From assembly GCF_004010195.1 (NCBI RefSeq), contig NC_057719.1:87056274-87120273 (forward strand): a stretch of DNA of 64,000 nt, written 5' to 3'. The stretch's first letter is position 1; every line of letters starts with the position of its first letter. The DNA comes from Chiloscyllium plagiosum. Lineage: Eukaryota. A program made the translations under genes and the position numbers. The notes under the pieces are model-generated. The model was not told where the DNA came from. It did not search any database and saw only the letters and a list, made by a program, of their open reading frames with translations. Shown one piece after another: positions 60,154 through 64,000 of this stretch.

Positions 60154-61239
60154 AATTTTTTTTTAAAAATAGCGTAATTAACATCAGGAATAAAATGTTA
60201 ATCATAATTGTTTCAAAAACTTCGCTTCATTCACTCATGTTCAACTGCTTTAGGGAAGAAAATCTGCCATCCTTATCCATTTGGCTTATATGTGACCCTG
60301 GATCCACAGCAATGTGGTTGACTCAATTATTTTTGAAACGACTATTCCAGCCACTTGGTTGTGTCAAGTCACTTGAAAGAGAAGCATTTTGAGTCTAACT
60401 ACAACACTGTGATAGTTCAAAAAGCTGGTTCATCACTACCATTAAAAAGGCAATTAGGATCGTGCAATATGTGCTGACCTTGACTATGATGTTCACTTGC
60501 CAAGACCCACTGGCAGCTAGTGGGAGGGGCATGTGCGTTTGGGTAATTTTTTAAGAGCATCCCCTCTTCTACTTACCACATTGCTAACACTATCCAGAAC
60601 TATATTCAATTGCTGATCTATGTATATTGTCCATCGTTAAAACTGCGGCCCCTTTTAATGGAAATGTTTTACCCCTCACTTTCCCATTCCTCAAAAACCT
60701 AATTTTAATTAGGATGAGAACTCTTATCACAACAAACAATTGATTTGGAACACTTTTTTTTCTCTCGGTTCATTGTAAAAATATTAAGTGGGATCATCTA
60801 AGAAGCCTAACCTCTTTACATTTCCTCATTTGGAATTGATAATATTGGGTGGTGACTGCACAAGTTCAGTGTTTTGATGAAGTGATGAAAAATGCAGATA
60901 TCATATCAAACATTGTATCGTAAATGGCACGTTCAGATTTAAAGATGTTACAGTAAAAAGGATTATTGTTTCTAGTGTTAGTAAACATGATTGCACTGTG
61001 CAGGAGATATCCACAAATTCTCTCACCAAAAACGGAGTGCAAGATACCAATGGAGCCTGTACATTAGTCTTTATGTAAGTCGTCAAGGAGAAAAAGATAG
61101 AAGCTGTAAAGAACATTTTATTGTAATTGATGATTGTCGTGCATTAAGTCTTCAGTGAATGAGGCGCTCTTAGTATGTGGGGCCTTTATTGCTGATGCAT
61201 TTATTTGTCTCACCATTCCACTTCATTCCCTAAAATCTT

Positions 61240-61640
61240 CATGGTTATACAGTACAGAAGAGGCCCTTTGGCCCATTGACTCTATACCACCAAAACTATG
61301 CTAAATCTACTCTCATTTCACTTTAAGACACTGAACTTAAAGCCTCTTTAAAGATCGTAAGGTTACCTGCCTCAACTACCCTCCCAGGCATACCATTCCA
61401 GACCCCCACCACCCTATGGGTGAAAGGTTTTATCTTCAAATCCTCTTTATCTCAGGCTTTCACCTTAAAGGTGTGTCCTTTGTTATTTGACCCTTCAGAT
61501 AAGGGAACAGCTGCTTTCTGACCATCCTAAGCATGCCCCTCATAATCTTACACAGCTCTCTCAGCCCACACCCCACCCCAAACCTTCCCTGTTCCAAAGA
61601 AAACAATTTCAAGCTTATTCAGCCTCTTTTCGCAGTTAAA
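61240..61640 (-). mobile_element. CR1 3' fragment
   Basis: cagtacagaagaggccctttggccc tail; cctgcctcaactaccctcccaggc...ttccagacccccaccacc. Confidence 0.7.
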
Positions 61641-63459
61641 AGGCTCACCTGTAAAGATTGAATCTTTATTCTGACGAACGTAAATGTCTACAGTTGCTGA
61701 TGATTCCCTGTTCTGCTTCAGGATTTGTCCACCAGTAAGGCTTATGAAAATCTTTTCTAAACTTTCACTCCGTCAAAAGTCAAACAAGACAAGGTAACTA
61801 GTCAAAGTTACTTTAATAAATGGAGGTAGCATTCTTTTAGGGTTCATGGGTTAGCTTCTAGGATTTGATGGCTGCATATGGACTCTGCATATGGGATCTT
61901 GCATTTGAATATCATTCTTTTGGGCAGCAGATGAAATGTACCAACGTGGAATTAAAGCCCAAAGGTGAATCAGATCGTGGAGAGAATCTGCAATACTGTT
62001 TAAATCCTTTGGAACTCCATCTAAAAATAAGTAGTCTTAGACCTACTGACTGACATCCATGTTGCATTACTCTTTAATTTCTGGATTGAGCGTGCAATTT
62101 GGGCTGTTGTTGGAATGCAATTCTGCAGGCACAGCATTGTCAAGTGAGTTATCTTTCATGGACTGTCTGCTGGTTTGGCTAGATGTAAGATATCTCCTAT
62201 TACTATCCAACAAAGAGGGATATTCATTTGATATCAAGATTCTCACATAATAGCTTGTAAAAAGTGTTGTCATTTATTGTATTTACCATTGGTGGGAATT
62301 GTGTACACATTGTCAGCTGTGTTTTTCACAGTATCATCATTGGTCACATTTCAGAGAGTGAGTGCAATAAGACGTCAAGGATGTGAAAGGTACTTTTTAA
62401 GTGCAATTTCTGCCTTTCGCTGGTATGGAGAGTGACAGTTTCAACTGAAAATGTCCCTTTAATGACACTGTGCAGCTGATCAAAATTTAGTTTGTTACTG
62501 CTGGTTCGTAAATTCCTTAAAATAAGGTTTTTAAGTAAGAGAACACTTCCAAACAGTGTGTCTTGCATTATTGAGGGTGTGCAATCACAGCCAACAGTGT
62601 GTGAATCAACACACCCTGTCATGAAGTAAACTGCTTTGAATTTTCTTGCTCAGATGTTTGTTAAATCAATGTAATTGGTTCCATGCACCTGATCCAATGA
62701 GCAGGAAAATGAGAGCTCAGAATTTGAAAGTTGGTGCTTGCATTCTTTTTTTCATTCTCTCACTAACATTCCCTCCCACTGAGGTCAGCAGCACTAAATC
62801 AAACTGCATTTTTCCTTTCCCAGCCACTTTCTATAGTTAATTTTCCTTCAGTGTAAACATTGAGAGATTTGTGATAATACATTAATTCATGTTTCCAGTC
62901 CTTATCTGTCCCAGGGGAAATGGCCTGACTGTATGAAATGAACCCCACCTACATTGCAGCTCCTGCTGGCCACATCCCAGCTGCCGAAAGTATGAGCCAT
63001 CTGTGCCCCATGACTACCTTACCCCATTTATATTGTGAAGAAATTCTAGGTAGGTATCGAAACTATTCTCACAAGCAAGGACAAAAATCAATGAAAGAAA
63101 CAAAAATATTATTGATGTCTGTAGATTACACTTCTACCCTAGAATGCAGTAGGGTCCTCTCTCCACAATGCAACATTCCTTCCATTTCTAAGGTCCCTTG
63201 CGTCCATTTTTCAAAGTTACAAAAGCAGATTTTTTTTTTAGTTTTGCTGTTATAAATCACCACATGACTGAGTGCTGGTAGTTACCAGCATTCCAGGGTT
63301 TTTGCAAAAAGATTCATCTCTAGTTCTGCTCTAAACAAAGTTATATGGTGTCTTAACACACATGCTTAGAAGTTTTAGAAGCAACTTAGATTGACAGTGA
63401 TACCAGTGAGGATTTTTTTAAATTCTAAATGAACATACAATAGATATTTTCCAGTAAAT

Positions 63460-63548
63460 CTATTACACACCTTGGGAGCAGATGGGACACCGAGTCCAGG
63501 CATGTACGCTCAGAGGTAGGGCCGCTACCACTATACCACAAGAGCCCC
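63460..63548 (-). mobile_element. Short tRNA-derived SINE head
   Basis: Minus: gggctcttgtggtatagtggtagcggccctacctctgag; related to 26625-26715. Confidence 0.6.
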
Positions 63549-64000
63549 CATGAACATACCATATGCTGTGCAGTCCTTTATGTGAATAAAGAGCTGATTT
63601 TTTTTTCTTCAATTTGTCAACTGAGTGCACATCTTGTTCTAGGTTGTTTGACAAATTTGTCTGCTTGGTGTGGTAGAGGGGGAATGTGAGTGGGAAGTAT
63701 TGCAGGTGAAAGAGAGAATGGAACTGAATATACCTGAAGGTTATAATATTGCCATGCTGAAATGCAAACTCAAGTCCACAGTCTCTCAATGCTTATGTTA
63801 TCATCAATTCACCACAATTTTCTCTATTATGCAACTTTCACCCCATTTGCAATCATTTTTTTTTCTTCTCCATAGTCATCAGTTGTGTAGTTCCCACCAA
63901 CTCAATGCTCACTTTTCATCCTACTTCTGCTCTGTTACCACAAGTATTCCACAAAGAATCATTCTCGGGCCTGCTACTTGGTAATAACATCCAAAAACAG

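Overview
Vertebrate genomic DNA, most likely from a shark or other elasmobranch (HE1/V-SINE-type SINEs, Deu-type SINEs, abundant CR1 and Penelope repeats). The only host gene is INO80 (+ strand). Seven phase-consistent GT-AG coding exons (1955-39996; 997 nt, about 332 aa) encode the end of ATPase lobe 1 and the INO80 insertion domain. The flanking exons lie outside the window. The rest is intronic and transposon-rich: many decayed and nested CR1 LINEs, one 5'-truncated Tx1/L1-clade LINE with a 17-bp TSD, SINEs, a probable MITE, and several Penelope-like element (PLE) remnants. The most notable signal is a set of minimal type-I hammerhead-ribozyme motifs (CUGANGA-stem II-GAAA-palindromic loopless stem III-UH) in the terminal repeats of 3-4 distinct PLE families, with covarying stems. 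One family also occurs as short TSD-flanked monomers and as palindromic fold-back units whose symmetry axis repeatedly falls on the ribozyme core. Several unrelated long hairpins are present, including a perfect 54-bp stem at 56937-57066. Nearly all ORFs in the supplied track are repeat fragments or noise. All family assignments come from motif recognition by eye, not database searches.
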